A model generated the notes under the pieces. The model was not told where the DNA came from. It made no database searches and saw nothing but the letters and a program-made list of their open reading frames with translations. The position numbers and the translations under genes were made by a program. A DNA stretch of 64,000 bases from Octopus sinensis (taxonomy: Eukaryota). The stretch's first letter is position 1. Every line of letters starts with the position of its first letter. This document shows, piece by piece, positions 48,971 through 60,799 of this stretch. The stretch lies in contig NC_043009.1 in assembly GCF_006345805.1 (NCBI RefSeq), forward strand, positions 25,668,001 through 25,732,000. Reading direction: 5' to 3'.

Positions 48971-51744
48971 TAATTTCATCTGACCTTTGCAAACATGGAG
49001 AAGTAGACTTTAAAATGATGATGATGCCTCTGCTGCTGCTGCTGCTCAGTGTTCTGGTTTCAAATCCTGCCACGCTCAACTTTACTATTTCTCCTTCTCG
49101 GGGGTCAGTTTTACTTCATTCTCTGAATTTGTAACCTTGAGCTAAGTTACGGGAATGTAACCACACCAGCATCGGTTGTCAAGCGGATGTGGTTGTATTT
49201 ACAATTTGTCAGTATTCCCTAATCCTGGTGGATGACACTTTACACCACTCACACAACAACCCTTCAATGCAACATAGTTGGATCTGTTTGAGCAGTCATT
49301 GCTGATGAGGGTTTTATAAGGTTGGAAGGCAATTCCTACCTCAATCTCCTGTAATTGCCTTTTATGACATGCGAAACATTCTTTGGCATGCTTGCCCTTG
49401 CACAGCACAAACATGAAGACTATTTAGTCATAGCTTTGTGTTAGAACTTAGAGTGGTTAATTGTATGAAGTACATCATGACAGTCTGAATATGTTATACT
49501 ATGTCCACTCTTAGAAATGTAGATTTTAGTGGTGGCCACAGGTGAGGTGGGTAAGATGGATACAACAGTTGCTGTGTCTCTGCACTTGCCATTGATAATA
49601 TTCATCCCAACATGATATTTGGGGATGAATCAGCCTGAACATTCTTAATTAGATGCGGTTTCAGGTGGTGGCCTTCCTTCCTCTCCTTCCAGATTTTCAG
49701 AAAAATTGAAGCAGGAGATAGTCATAAAATGGTTTTGGTAAAGAAAATTGCATTGGAATTTTAAAATAATTTTGTCATTAATTGTTAATTAATAAGAATT
49801 TTCATGATTTTAAATTTCTTTCTGTAATTTTTATTCACTTTATAATAAGTCAATTACTTGGAGTGGTAAGAAATTGCATCCAAAACTCTGCCACAATTCT
49901 ATGAAACTGGGCAAATGTCTATTTTTAGCTTTGCTTCTAAATTTTGGTAAATTTCTTCAATTCCTTTGTCTCAGTCTCTTACACTGTTTAAGCAATGGAA
50001 TCTATGTTTCTTACTTAACCAAATAGTCAAATTCTTTAGCTTCAAGTAGGATTAGTGTCTTTCAGTTTCCAATTACCGAATCCATTCACAAGACTTTGCT
50101 TGACCTGGGGGCCAGGTGCCATACAGTGGGACTGAACCTGAAACATCATGGCTGGGAAGCAAGCTTCTTAACTGCACAGACATGCTTACTTGTATGGTTT
50201 TGTGAAGCTACATTGCTTAGTGGTTAGGGTTTTTGGCCCATGGTTGGAAGGTTGTGAGTTCAATTCCTAGTGGTGTGTTGTGTCCTTGGGCAAGACACTT
50301 TATTTCATGTTGCTTCAGTCCACTCACCTGGCAAAAACGAGTTGTACCTGTAATTCAAAGGGGCCAGCCTTGTCACATTTTGTGTCATGATGAATAGCCC
50401 TGAGGACTACGTTAAAGGTATGTGTGTCTGTGGGATGCCTAGCTATTTGCATGTTGATTTCATGAGCAGGTTGTTCCATTGATCCAATTAACTGGAATCC
50501 TCATTGTCATAACCAGCTTAGTGCCAGTGTAGTGCTGTACACTGGGAATGAACCCCCAAACCATAGGGTTAACCCCACCCACTCACAGGAACCTGCCTCT
50601 CTAAGAAAGCTGTATGTTGAACAACCTCCAGAAGGTCTAATGGTGAACACTTTCAAGAGTTGCTGCCTTCAACATCTTCATTTGTTCAACAAACAAAGGA
50701 ATGTTATGTGCCATGTTTTGCATAATTTTTCTTGAAACTCTGTGAGTAGAGACAGGCACACTCTGCAGTAACATGGAGTATCGTTGATAGGACTTCCCCA
50801 TACTTTTATAATGCATGAAACTATTAAGCCAATCTGCAATACCTCTTAATTGGAGATTAGAAGTATAGTCCTATTGTCACCACCAACAGAGGTTCTTGGA
50901 AATTTTCCAATATTTGTAAGTGCTTGAGTAACTCTCCTTAAACAAATGCTTTTAGTTAGTTCCAATCAGTCAGTCAATGTAATTATCCTTCACAGCAAAA
51001 ACCAAGGAATAAATGTCCCCCTCATCTGGTAGAAGTTCCTCTTGGCTACTTTCCAAATGTCCAAACATGACATTTCATAAGAAAAATCAGCTTCAATTTA
51101 ATCCAATACAGAGTAACTGGCCTTGACTGCAATAACCTTGTACTGAGTTACCTCCCTCTACAGCACAGTGGTACACAGTTCTTACAAATCTGTGTGACAA
51201 GCTTTGACCAATGAGAAACAACCTTACAAGTACCTCTATGGGCATAACATTTTCTATAATCGTTCGCATTTAATAATATTATCTGCAAGATGACAAGTGC
51301 ATTCCTTGTTCGGGTGTCAGCATTTTAGTGTGATAGTCTTATCTTCATCTCTTGTTGTTCTCAATGCCAGATAAGCTGGTATGTTGCTAAGATTTGTTTG
51401 AGTTTCTGATTGTTCATCATCTCATTAGGTTTACCTACGCACATTGAATAAATTATTGTGTAAGTGGCACAGGGCTTAACAATCATTATATATAATGTAT
51501 ATAATCGTTGATTGGCATTTTGTGTAAAAGCTTGTGTTTGTGAAAAGGAAGGAAAAATGAGAACGACTACCAGATGGGAAAAACGACTGATTTGTTCAAA
51601 TCCTGAAGTAGCCAACTGATTAAATTGAAATTGCCAGGAGATTAGGTGAGAGGGACAAGAGATAACACAAAAGCAGTATGGTCTGTATAAAGCTGAGGTA
51701 GCTCTGCTCTAAGCTGAGTTTTCTGGTCTTTTACTCTTTCTTAT

Positions 51745-52035
51745 TTATTTATGCGCCCCTTTTCAAGCCTAGCCAGGCTCATGGGCCCAGTTTCCTGGTT
51801 TCTGTGGCATATGTGTTCTCCCCAGCTAGATGGGACGCCAGTCCGTCGAAGCGTTACTCAACAAACAGGAAGAGAGAGTGAGAGAAAGTTGGGACGAAAG
51901 AGTACAACAGGGGTCGCCCACCCCCTGCCGGAGCCTCATGGAGTTTTTAGGTGTTTTCGCTCAATAAACACACACAACGCCTGGTCTGGGAATCGAAACC
52001 GCGATCCTCCGACCGTGAGTCCGCTGCCCTAACCA
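51745..52035 (-). mobile_element. tRNA(Arg)-like-headed SINE family D
   Basis: Reverse-complement head ggaggtgcaacggtccagtggttagggcagcggactcacggtcgg..tttcgattcccagacc and an A-rich tail; second copy at about 22400-22612(-). Confidence 0.7.
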
Positions 52036-52907
52036 CTGGACCGTTGCACCTCCACATCTTTTACTCTTTAGCATTCAGATTATTACTGTCAAATCTAATG
52101 CTTATTTCTTCACGTTGTTTTGAATTAACTTGTAGCTTCAATACTTTAATGAAGTGATTGTTTTTATTTTTAGCATTAAGTTGTAAGGTAGGTGTGAGAG
52201 GTAGAATCTGGTTGGTATGAAAATAAAACAAGGTTGAATATTTTGACTAGACATGACCAGTTTGAATGCTAAAAGGTTAAACCAGCCACATCCAGTCCAA
52301 ATATTTTACCTCACACACCTACCCTAAAATGTCATTTTAAAAATAAACAACCATAGGCGCAGGAGTGGCTGTGTAGTAAGTAGCTTGCTTACCAACCACA
52401 TGGTTTCAGGTTCAGTTCCACTGCGTGGTGCCTTGGGCAAATGTTTTCTACTATAGCCTCGGTCCGACTAAAGCCTTGTGAATGGATTTGTTAGACAGAA
52501 ACTGAAAGAAGCCCATTGTATATATGTTTATGTATGTGTGTGTTAGTGTTTGTCCCCCTAACATTGCTTGACAACCGATACTGCTGTGTTTAGGTGCAAA
52601 CACTTGCACAGATAAGGGTCCATACTATAAAAAGATAAACTGGACTAAAGAGACAGGAAGAGAGACATGGGATGGAGACTTGCTAAAGGATGTGTGAAGA
52701 AAGATTTCCAGACATAGAACATAAAATAAGAACAATGACAAAATAAATCTGAAGTGAAGAACGATTATATAGTCATCATTATCATCATCATTTGATATCT
52801 GTGTTCCATGCTAGCATGGGTGGGATGTGTGTGTTTATTTGGCAAAAAAAAAAAGACTGAACAAAAAAATAGACCATCCTGAAATTCATCAACGTGTATA
52901 TATATAT

Positions 52908-53298
52908 ACTCTTTCACTCTTTTCAGTCATTTGACTGTGGCCATGCTGGAGCACCGCCTTTAGTCGAGCAAATCGATTCCGGGACTTATTCTTTGAAAGC
53001 CCAGTACTTATTCTATTGGTCTCTTTTGCCGAACCGCTAAGTGACGGGGACGTAAACACACCAGCATCGGTTGTCAAGCAATGCTAGGGGGACAAACACA
53101 GACACACAAACATATACACACTCATATATATATACATATATACGACAGGCTTCTTTCAGTTTCCATCTACCAAATCCACTCACAAGGCATTGGTCGGCCC
53201 GGGCCTATAGCAGAAGACACTTGCCCAAGATGCCACGCAGTGGGACTGAACCCGGAACCATGTGGTTGGTTAGCAAGCTACTTACCACACAGCCACTC

Positions 53299-53300
<2 letters not shown>
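52908..53300 (-). mobile_element. Abundant composite SINE family A (representative copy)
   Basis: Head ggagtggctgtgtggtaag..gggttcagtcccactgcgtggc, middle gggcaagtgtcttct..gaaactgaaagaagcc, internal (TA/TG)n, tail gactgaaa..aaaagag. Copies at about 1988-2385(-), 6041-6393(+), 25735-25890(+), 26320-26490(+), 32760-32925(-), 40430-40810(-), 52337-52590(+) and 58715-59055(+), among many others. Confidence 0.85.
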
Positions 53301-53341
<41 letters not shown>

Positions 53342-53345
<4 letters not shown>

Positions 53346-53545
53346 TAATCCAAACAAGAAGCACAAAAAAATACAACAACGCGAGGATGTGGAACAAATA
53401 TAGTATTATTGGACGCTCAGGAAAGAAGGAGGGTTTAACATTTCGAGTGGAGCTCTTCGTCGGAAACGTAGAAGGAAAGATCCAGAGAAGGGAAGACAGA
53501 GGGAAAAAAATCGCCAACGGTACACACGAGGTCACATTTTGAAAG
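53342..53545 (-). mobile_element. Penelope-like terminal repeat element with degenerate hammerhead (53433-53467)
   Basis: Reverse complement reads gttt-CCGACGA-A-GAG(ctcca)CTC-GAAA-TGTT-aaac; same family as 63787-64000. Confidence 0.6.
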
Positions 53546-54661
53546 CAATATATATATATCGTCCTCATTATTATCGGCATTTAGCATTCGTTGTCCATGC
53601 TGGCATGGGTTGGATGGTTTAACTGGGCTGGTATGCTGGGAGGCTGCATCAGGATCCAGTCTGATTTGGCATGGTTTTCTATGGCTGGATGCCCTTCCTA
53701 ACATGCCAACCACTCCAAGAGTGTAATGGGTACTTTTGTGTGTCACTTGAGTGACACTGGTATCTGTTATGACTGCGATTTTATTTGGTTTGATGTTTCT
53801 TCTTCTCAAGCATGGCATAATGCCAAAGGTCTTGGTCATTGCCTCTGTGAGGCCCAACACTTAAAAGGAGCTCAGCCACTTTGCATCACCTCCATTTATA
53901 TATATATATATATATTATATATATATATATATTTACACATACATGTATATATGTCCCATTTTGTATTTATATATATATATATATATATAAATATTTTTTC
54001 ACATGGCACATAAAAAGCACCATTTGAGCATGACCAATGCCAGTGCCGCCTGACTGGCTCTCATGCTGGTGATATTTAAAAAGCACCCACTTCACTCAGT
54101 TTGGTTGGCATTAAGAAGGGCATCAAGCTGTAGAAATCTTGGCAAATTAGATTGGAGCTTGGTGCAACCTCCTGGCTTGCCACTCCTCAGTCAAACCATC
54201 CAACCCATGCCAGCATGGAAAGCAGACAGACATTAAACGCCACTGATGATAATATATATGTACATACACATACAAACACACACACATATAAATAACAATC
54301 AACAAGATTTCATTTCCTCAATTCCAAGTTTGATTTATTACTTTATAATCTGGAACATTTTTATCAAGAAAGGTTCGTTTCCTTGTTGACTAATTTCTGC
54401 ACTGGATTGTGTCATTCACTGAGTCACTCTCTGTTCAGATTACTGAATGTAGACCAACTCAAAGATATACACAAACACAAAGACACAAGCACATACATGC
54501 ATACACATATTCATATACAAACACACACACATGTAGGGTGTTCCTCAATAAATCTATATGCGGATTGAAAAGATTATAAATTACATATTTATTAAAATAA
54601 AGTTTTATTTTCAAAATCTAATTGAGTCTACAAATAATATTTAATTATATTTTGAATGTGA

Positions 54662-54982
54662 GGGCGCGTGGCTTAGTGGTTAGGGCGCTCGGCTCATGAT
54701 CGTAAGGTTGTGAGTTCGATTCCCGGCGACGCGTTGTGTCCTTGAGCAAGACACTTTATTTCACGTTGCTCCAGTCCACTCAGCTGGCAAAAGTGAGTTG
54801 TACCTGTATTTCAAAGGGCCAGCCTTGTCACACTCTGTGTCACGCTGAATCTCCTTGCGAACTACGTTAAGGGTACACGTGTCTGTGGAATGCTCAGCCA
54901 TTTGCATGTTAATTTCACGAGCAAGCTGTTCCGTTGATCGTATCAGCTGGGACTCTCGTCGTCGTAACCGACGGAGTGCTCC
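54662..54982 (+). mobile_element. tRNA-derived SINE family C with CORE-like middle
   Basis: tRNA-like head ggcgcgtggcttagtggttagggcg..gagttcgattccc, then tgtgtccttgagcaagacacttta. Copies at about 15965-16290(-), 31700-32015(+) and 50210-50525(+). Confidence 0.75.
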
Positions 54983-55483
54983 TTAATATTTTGAATATCT
55001 TTTTTCAAACTGATGACTTTTTCTGGTCTAGGCAATGGAATCATGCATTCTTGTTCAGTGATTCCTCTCAGTTTGTCACCTGTTGTTGGTTTTGTATCGT
55101 AAACTTTATTGCAGCAAGCTCAAGGAAACGGGACCAGGCACAGTATCATCAAAAGTGAATGGTCCCAATATTTTTGATAAACCACGTCATACTGCCTGCA
55201 ATTTCTGGTAAATTAATATGATGTTTCTCCATATGTTGACTCTTCAGGCTCCCAGCAGGAGCGATGGTGGTGGTTAATTCTTTCTTTTATCTTGTTTCAT
55301 TTCTTAGACTGTGCCCATGCTGGGGCACCACCTTGAAGGATTTTTAGTTGAATGAATCGACCTTAATACTTATTTTTTTAAAATTCTTATTCTATTTACT
55401 CTTTTGCTGAACTGTAAAGTTAATGGGATGTAAACACACCAACACCAGTTGTCAAGTAGTGGTGGGATCTAATATACACATGC

Positions 55484-55532
<49 letters not shown>

Positions 55533-56346
55533 AGAAGAGATAAGGTACTCAGAAATCTGGATGGTTTTACATTTTTTATTTTATTTCATCTCATCTAGTT
55601 TCAGCTCACGACCTGTGGCCATGCTGGGGCACCGCCATTTACAGATTTTTGTTAATATGTCACATGTTTTTATAAATGATATATTAGCGCTTGCATCTAC
55701 TCTAGTAGAATCTTCAGATTTGAATTTTTTTAGAGGGGATTCGTCTCTTTCTACAGTATTATTGAAGGACCATTTTTGTAAAGTAAACTGTAATTTTGTA
55801 TTAAACACACACAGTACTATACATATGCGTATATACAGAAATAGAAACAATCTTACATCCAGATTTTCCAACCCATACCAGCACGGGAACATGGACAAGG
55901 ATGATGATAATAAATCCAGACAATCTTTTGAAAAATAACTTTTATTAAGCAACTTGTTATCTTCTATTGAAAGAACTGAACAGCTGTATAGATGTAAACA
56001 ATATTTTTTCTTCTTCCTTTCTTCCTTCCTTCTTTCTTTCCTTCTCTTCTCTATTGACATTCCTTTGAGATACAAAGGCACACACATGCATAAACACAGT
56101 CACTCTCTCTCACTGGACAATGATGATAATGAATCCAGACAATTTAAAAAAAATAACTTTTATCAAAACAAGACCGCCCCCTTTGAGTAGCCACCTGGTT
56201 TTGCCATTTTTAGAGGCCAAGAATCAACTCATCACTTTCTGTTGAAAGAACTGACCAGTTGTATTAATGTAAACACATTTTGTTTCTTCTTTCTCTCTTC
56301 CTTCCTTTCTTTCTCTTTTCCATTGACACTTCTTTCAGATACACAG

Positions 56347-56388
<42 letters not shown>

Positions 56389-56601
56389 CTGCATGACTGT
56401 CTGCCCGCTTGTGCGTCTGTCCATCCATCCATCTTTCTTTCTTGTTGATGTTGTAAGAATTTTATAAACTTATGAAATAATTCTGTTTTGGTACATTCGC
56501 TCTTGAGGCACATCACATAAAACTATAAATAATAGCTTTTGGGTTTCTATGTATTTATTTGAAGTAATTAACCTTGGTGATATATATATATATATATATA
56601 A

Positions 56602-56784
56602 AAGAAATACTAAATAATTAGGGTTCAGCAACGATTTGCCTCACCACACACCGAATTTAGAAATAGTCTTAGCTATTCCTTCTACTAAAGTAGAAGGAAT
56701 AGCTAAGACTTTTTGACTGCTATTTCTAAATTCGGTGTGTGGTGAGGCAAATCGTTGCTGAACCCTAATTATTTAGTATTTCTT
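56602..56784. repeat. 183-bp near-perfect palindrome
   Basis: 65-bp perfect outer arms, 20-bp perfect inner stem, 2-nt loop (aa), and a single 11-nt bulge on the right arm. Confidence 0.95.
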
Positions 56785-56885
56785 AAACTTACCATGAATT
56801 GGTCTTTTACATGCCGAATTCTACTTGGTGAACTTACTGATTACTTCTTAATTAATTAATTAATTTTCACCCTTTGTTATTATTG

Positions 56886-56916
<31 letters not shown>

Positions 56917-58470
56917 GCTAATTACTTCACATACACACACAAACACATGTAGTGTGTACATGTGCATAACTAATAATGACAGTGGTACATACATACATAC
57001 ATATTATGATGTCTCTTTAGACATTTAAATAAGAATATCAGACTTTCTTTCTTTCCTTCCTTCCTTCCTTCCTTCTTTCCTCCCTCCCTTCCTTTCTTAT
57101 AGACCCACTGCAGTAGGTCCCATATTTGACCTAGCTGCTCACCCCTCGTGTTAGATATCCTGCAAACAACAGCATTAGCACAATCCTCCACCTTGACATT
57201 AGCTCATTTAATGAAAACTGGTCTAGTGACTGTTAAAATACAGTTTTATACTCTGCTTCCTTTCTCACCCGCCTCTGTTTGTGCTCTTAGTTGGAAAGTC
57301 ACACATACACACGCATGGCCATGTGCATGAACAGTCACTCACAAATACAGAAACCACAGTTTTTTTGTTTTTCTTCTAGTTTCTCTTTACCATCACCACC
57401 ATCACAGTTTACAAGTATTTGTGTATAATGCTGTGGTTACAGAATTTGATTCCCAACTACATGGTCTTGGGTTCAGTTTCACTGTTTGGTACTTTAGGAA
57501 ACTGTCTCCTGCTATCACCCTGGGTGGATTTGCCAGATGGAAACCGAATGAAGCTTGTCATATACATGTGTGTGAGTCTTAATATTGTGTAATAGTCGTA
57601 AATGATTGTCTCTGTCATACAAGCAGTGTTGTTCATTCTCTTTTACTTGTTTCAGTCATTTGACTGCGGCCATTCTGGAGCACTGCCTTTGGTCGAGCAA
57701 ATCGACCCCAGGAATTATTCTTTGTAAGCCTAGTACTTAGTCTATCAGTCTCTTTTACTGAAGCGCTAAGTTACAAGGACGTAAATACACCAGCATTGGT
57801 TGTCAATGGCTATAGTAGAAAATACTTGCCCAAGGTGCCACACAGTGGGACTGAACCCGGGACCATGTGGTTGGTAAGCAAGCTACTTGCCACACAGCCA
57901 CTCCTGCGCCTGTTTGCAATATTGTCAGGCCTTAAGGAAATATTGCCTTGCTTGGAGACAGGTAAGTGTTGGTGACAGGAAGGGTACTTGGCCATAGAAA
58001 ATGTGCTTCAAAAAAGTTTGCCCAATCTATGCAGGCATGGAAAAAGTGGACAATGATGATGATGTTGCTGTGTTCTTTCTTCCTCTATCACACTCACAAA
58101 CATAGAATATATGTCATCATCATCATCATCAGCAGCAGTGTTTAATGTTCCATTCATGTATGGTCAGATGGAATTTGCTGAGATGTATTCTACAGGTGGA
58201 TGCCCGTCCCGTTGCCAAACCTTGCTTGTTTCCAAGAAAGATAGTGTTTTCCTTGCCCAGATGTTGTTTCATGGAAGACTTGAAACAAACAACCTCGCAG
58301 TGATGTTCATTTACAATCAGCATGTGATGACTTGAAAAGAGTATACCCACCTAAATACATTCACACATACATGCATATCATCAACATCATCATCATTATT
58401 ATTTAGTGCCCATTTTCCATGTTTGCATGAGTCAAACTGTCAAACGTTTAGTGATAATAATGATATATAT

Positions 58471-58519
<49 letters not shown>

Positions 58520-59321
58520 TCTTTCTCTCCTCAAACCCCATCTGTTTCTGAGCAAGGTAATATTTGCCCATTGCCAGGTATGTTTTGGCAGAATATTGGA
58601 AATGAATGAGACACACACTCATTTTCGACTATCATATGATATCAAGACAGAAGATATATACACACTCACACTTACATACACACATGAATTCATACATTCA
58701 TACATATATATTCAGGCGCACCAGTGGCTGTGTGGTAAGAAGCTTGCTTCCTAACCACATGGTTTTGGGTTCAGTTCCATTGCATGGCACCTTGGGCGAG
58801 TGTCTTCTATATAACCTCAGGCAAGGCAGTGAGCTAGCAGAAACGTTAGTATGCTGAGCGAAATGCTTAGCGGTATTTCGTCTGTCTTTACATTCTGTGT
58901 TCAAATTCCACCGAGGTTGACTTTGCCATTCATCCTTTCGGGATTGATAAATTAAGTACCTAGGCCTTGTACCTAGAGTAGAAAAGTATATAACCTCAGG
59001 CTGATTAAAGCTTACTGAGTGGATTTGGTAGGTGGAAACTGAAAGAAGCCCATCATGCCATATAAAAAGCTCCATGCTGGTGCCATGTAAGAAGTACTCG
59101 TGCTGGTGCTACATAAAGAGCACTGGTACTGGTGCCATCTAAAAAGCAGCCATGCTGGTATCAGGAAAAAAAAAGCACCCAGTACACTCTGTAAAGTGCT
59201 TGGCATTAGGAAGGGCAATCATAGAAATTGTACCCAAACAGATGAATGGAGCCTGATGCAGCTCCCCAGCTTGTTAGCTTCTGCTAAACCATCCAACCCA
59301 TGCCAGCATGGAAAAAATAGA

Positions 59322-60044
59322 CATTTTTGGGGAATGGGCCAGTCGAATAGATCTACCCCAGTACACAACTGGTACTTAATTTATAAACCCCGAAAGGATG
59401 AAAGGCAAAGTTGACCTCAGCGTAATTTGAACTCAGAATGTAAAGACAGACGAAATACTCATTTCTTTACTACCCACAAGGGGCTAAGCACAAAGAGGAC
59501 AAACAAGGACGGAGAAACGGGTTAAGTCGATTGTATCGACCCCAGTGCATAACTGGTACTTAATTTATCGACCCCGAAAGGATGAAAGGCAAAGTTGACC
59601 CCAGCGTAATTTGAACTCAGAATGTAAAGACAGACGAAATACTCATTTCTTTACTACCCACAAGGGGCTAAACACAGAGAGGACAAACGGGTTAAGTCGA
59701 TTGTATCGACCCCAGTGCATAACTGGTACTTAATTTATCGACCCCGAAAGGATGAAAGGCAAAGTTGACCCCAGCGTAATCTGAACTCAGAATGTAAAGA
59801 CAGACGAAATATCTATTTCTTTACTATCCACAAGGGGTTAAACACAGAGAGGACAAACAAGGACAGACAAACGGGTTAAGTCGATTGTATCGACCCCAGT
59901 GCGTAACTGGTACTTAATTTATCGACCCCGAAAGGATGAAAGGCAAAATCGACCTCGGCGGAATTTGAACTCAGAACGTAGCGGCAGACGAAATACCACT
60001 AAGCATTTAGCTTGGTGTGCTAATTGTTTCTGCCAGCTCACCGC
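59322..60044 (-). repeat. Head-to-tail tandem array of family B SINE units
   Basis: The motif ccgaaaggatgaaaggc recurs at 59390, 59574, 59744 and 59928 (periods 184/170/184 bp). Confidence 0.9.
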
Positions 60045-60799
60045 AATTTACCCTGAATATATTCTTTTCTACTCTAGGCATAAGGCCCAAAATTTTTGGG
60101 AATGTGGCCAGTCGATTAGATCGACCCAGTACGCAACTGGTACTTAATTTATCAACCCCGAAAGGTGCCACGCTGTGGGACTGAACCTGGAACCATGTGG
60201 TTGGTAAGCAATCTCTCTCTCTATATATATATACACACACACGCCCTAGCATGGCCACAACCTCAGGGCTGAAACATGAAAATACACACACGCACTCATC
60301 TAAACAGAGCAGCCTGTGAAACTCACACGCTGGCCACTCGAAATTTCCCCCCACTCGCTACACGAATCAAATGCTTACTCACACAAACAATGCACACACA
60401 AAATATACACACTACATACTTTACACATAAATAACTTTACGAGAACACGTTACTCGTTCAGTCAGAAGAGAGAGAGAGCGGGTGAGTGAGTGAGATACAT
60501 GTCAACAACATCAACACAACAAGGCTGATTGCTTCTACTTCGGACCCCGGACCAAGAAGGACAACATCCACAACAGCACCAACAACCATCCAGTATGCAT
60601 CCATCAAGAAAGAAGAATTGTAGACCATGTCAGTTCATTAATCTTCTTATTTTCTTATTCTTTACTTAATTTCATGAAGTTATCGCTGTACCCTAAATTA
60701 TGTTGATACGATATGACATACATACGAGATCAGCCCAACCCAGCAAACGTTTGTTTTTTTTTTCTTCTAATTATTATTGATTATAGTAGTATTTGTGGT

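Noticed and set aside
49199-49414. Cys/His-rich minus-strand ORF (MFVLCKGKHAKECFACH..)
   Set aside because: Resemblance to a piggyBac cysteine-rich tail is superficial; the frame is closed upstream and no transposase core is nearby.
54663-54735. Possible tRNA gene (CAT in the anticodon-like loop)
   Set aside because: The T-stem and anticodon stem do not pair properly, and the sequence continues into a SINE body found in several copies.
55030-55210. Candidate next exon of the 41-kb gene (KLKETGPGTVSSKVNGPNIFDKPRHTACNFW)
   Set aside because: The open frame needs phase 2, but the preceding exon ends in phase 1, and both phase-1 readings hit stops.
59322-60044. CRISPR-like or retrozyme-like array
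   Set aside because: Units are entire ~180-bp SINE segments with no unique spacers, no cas genes and no CUGANGA core on either strand; the DNA is eukaryotic.
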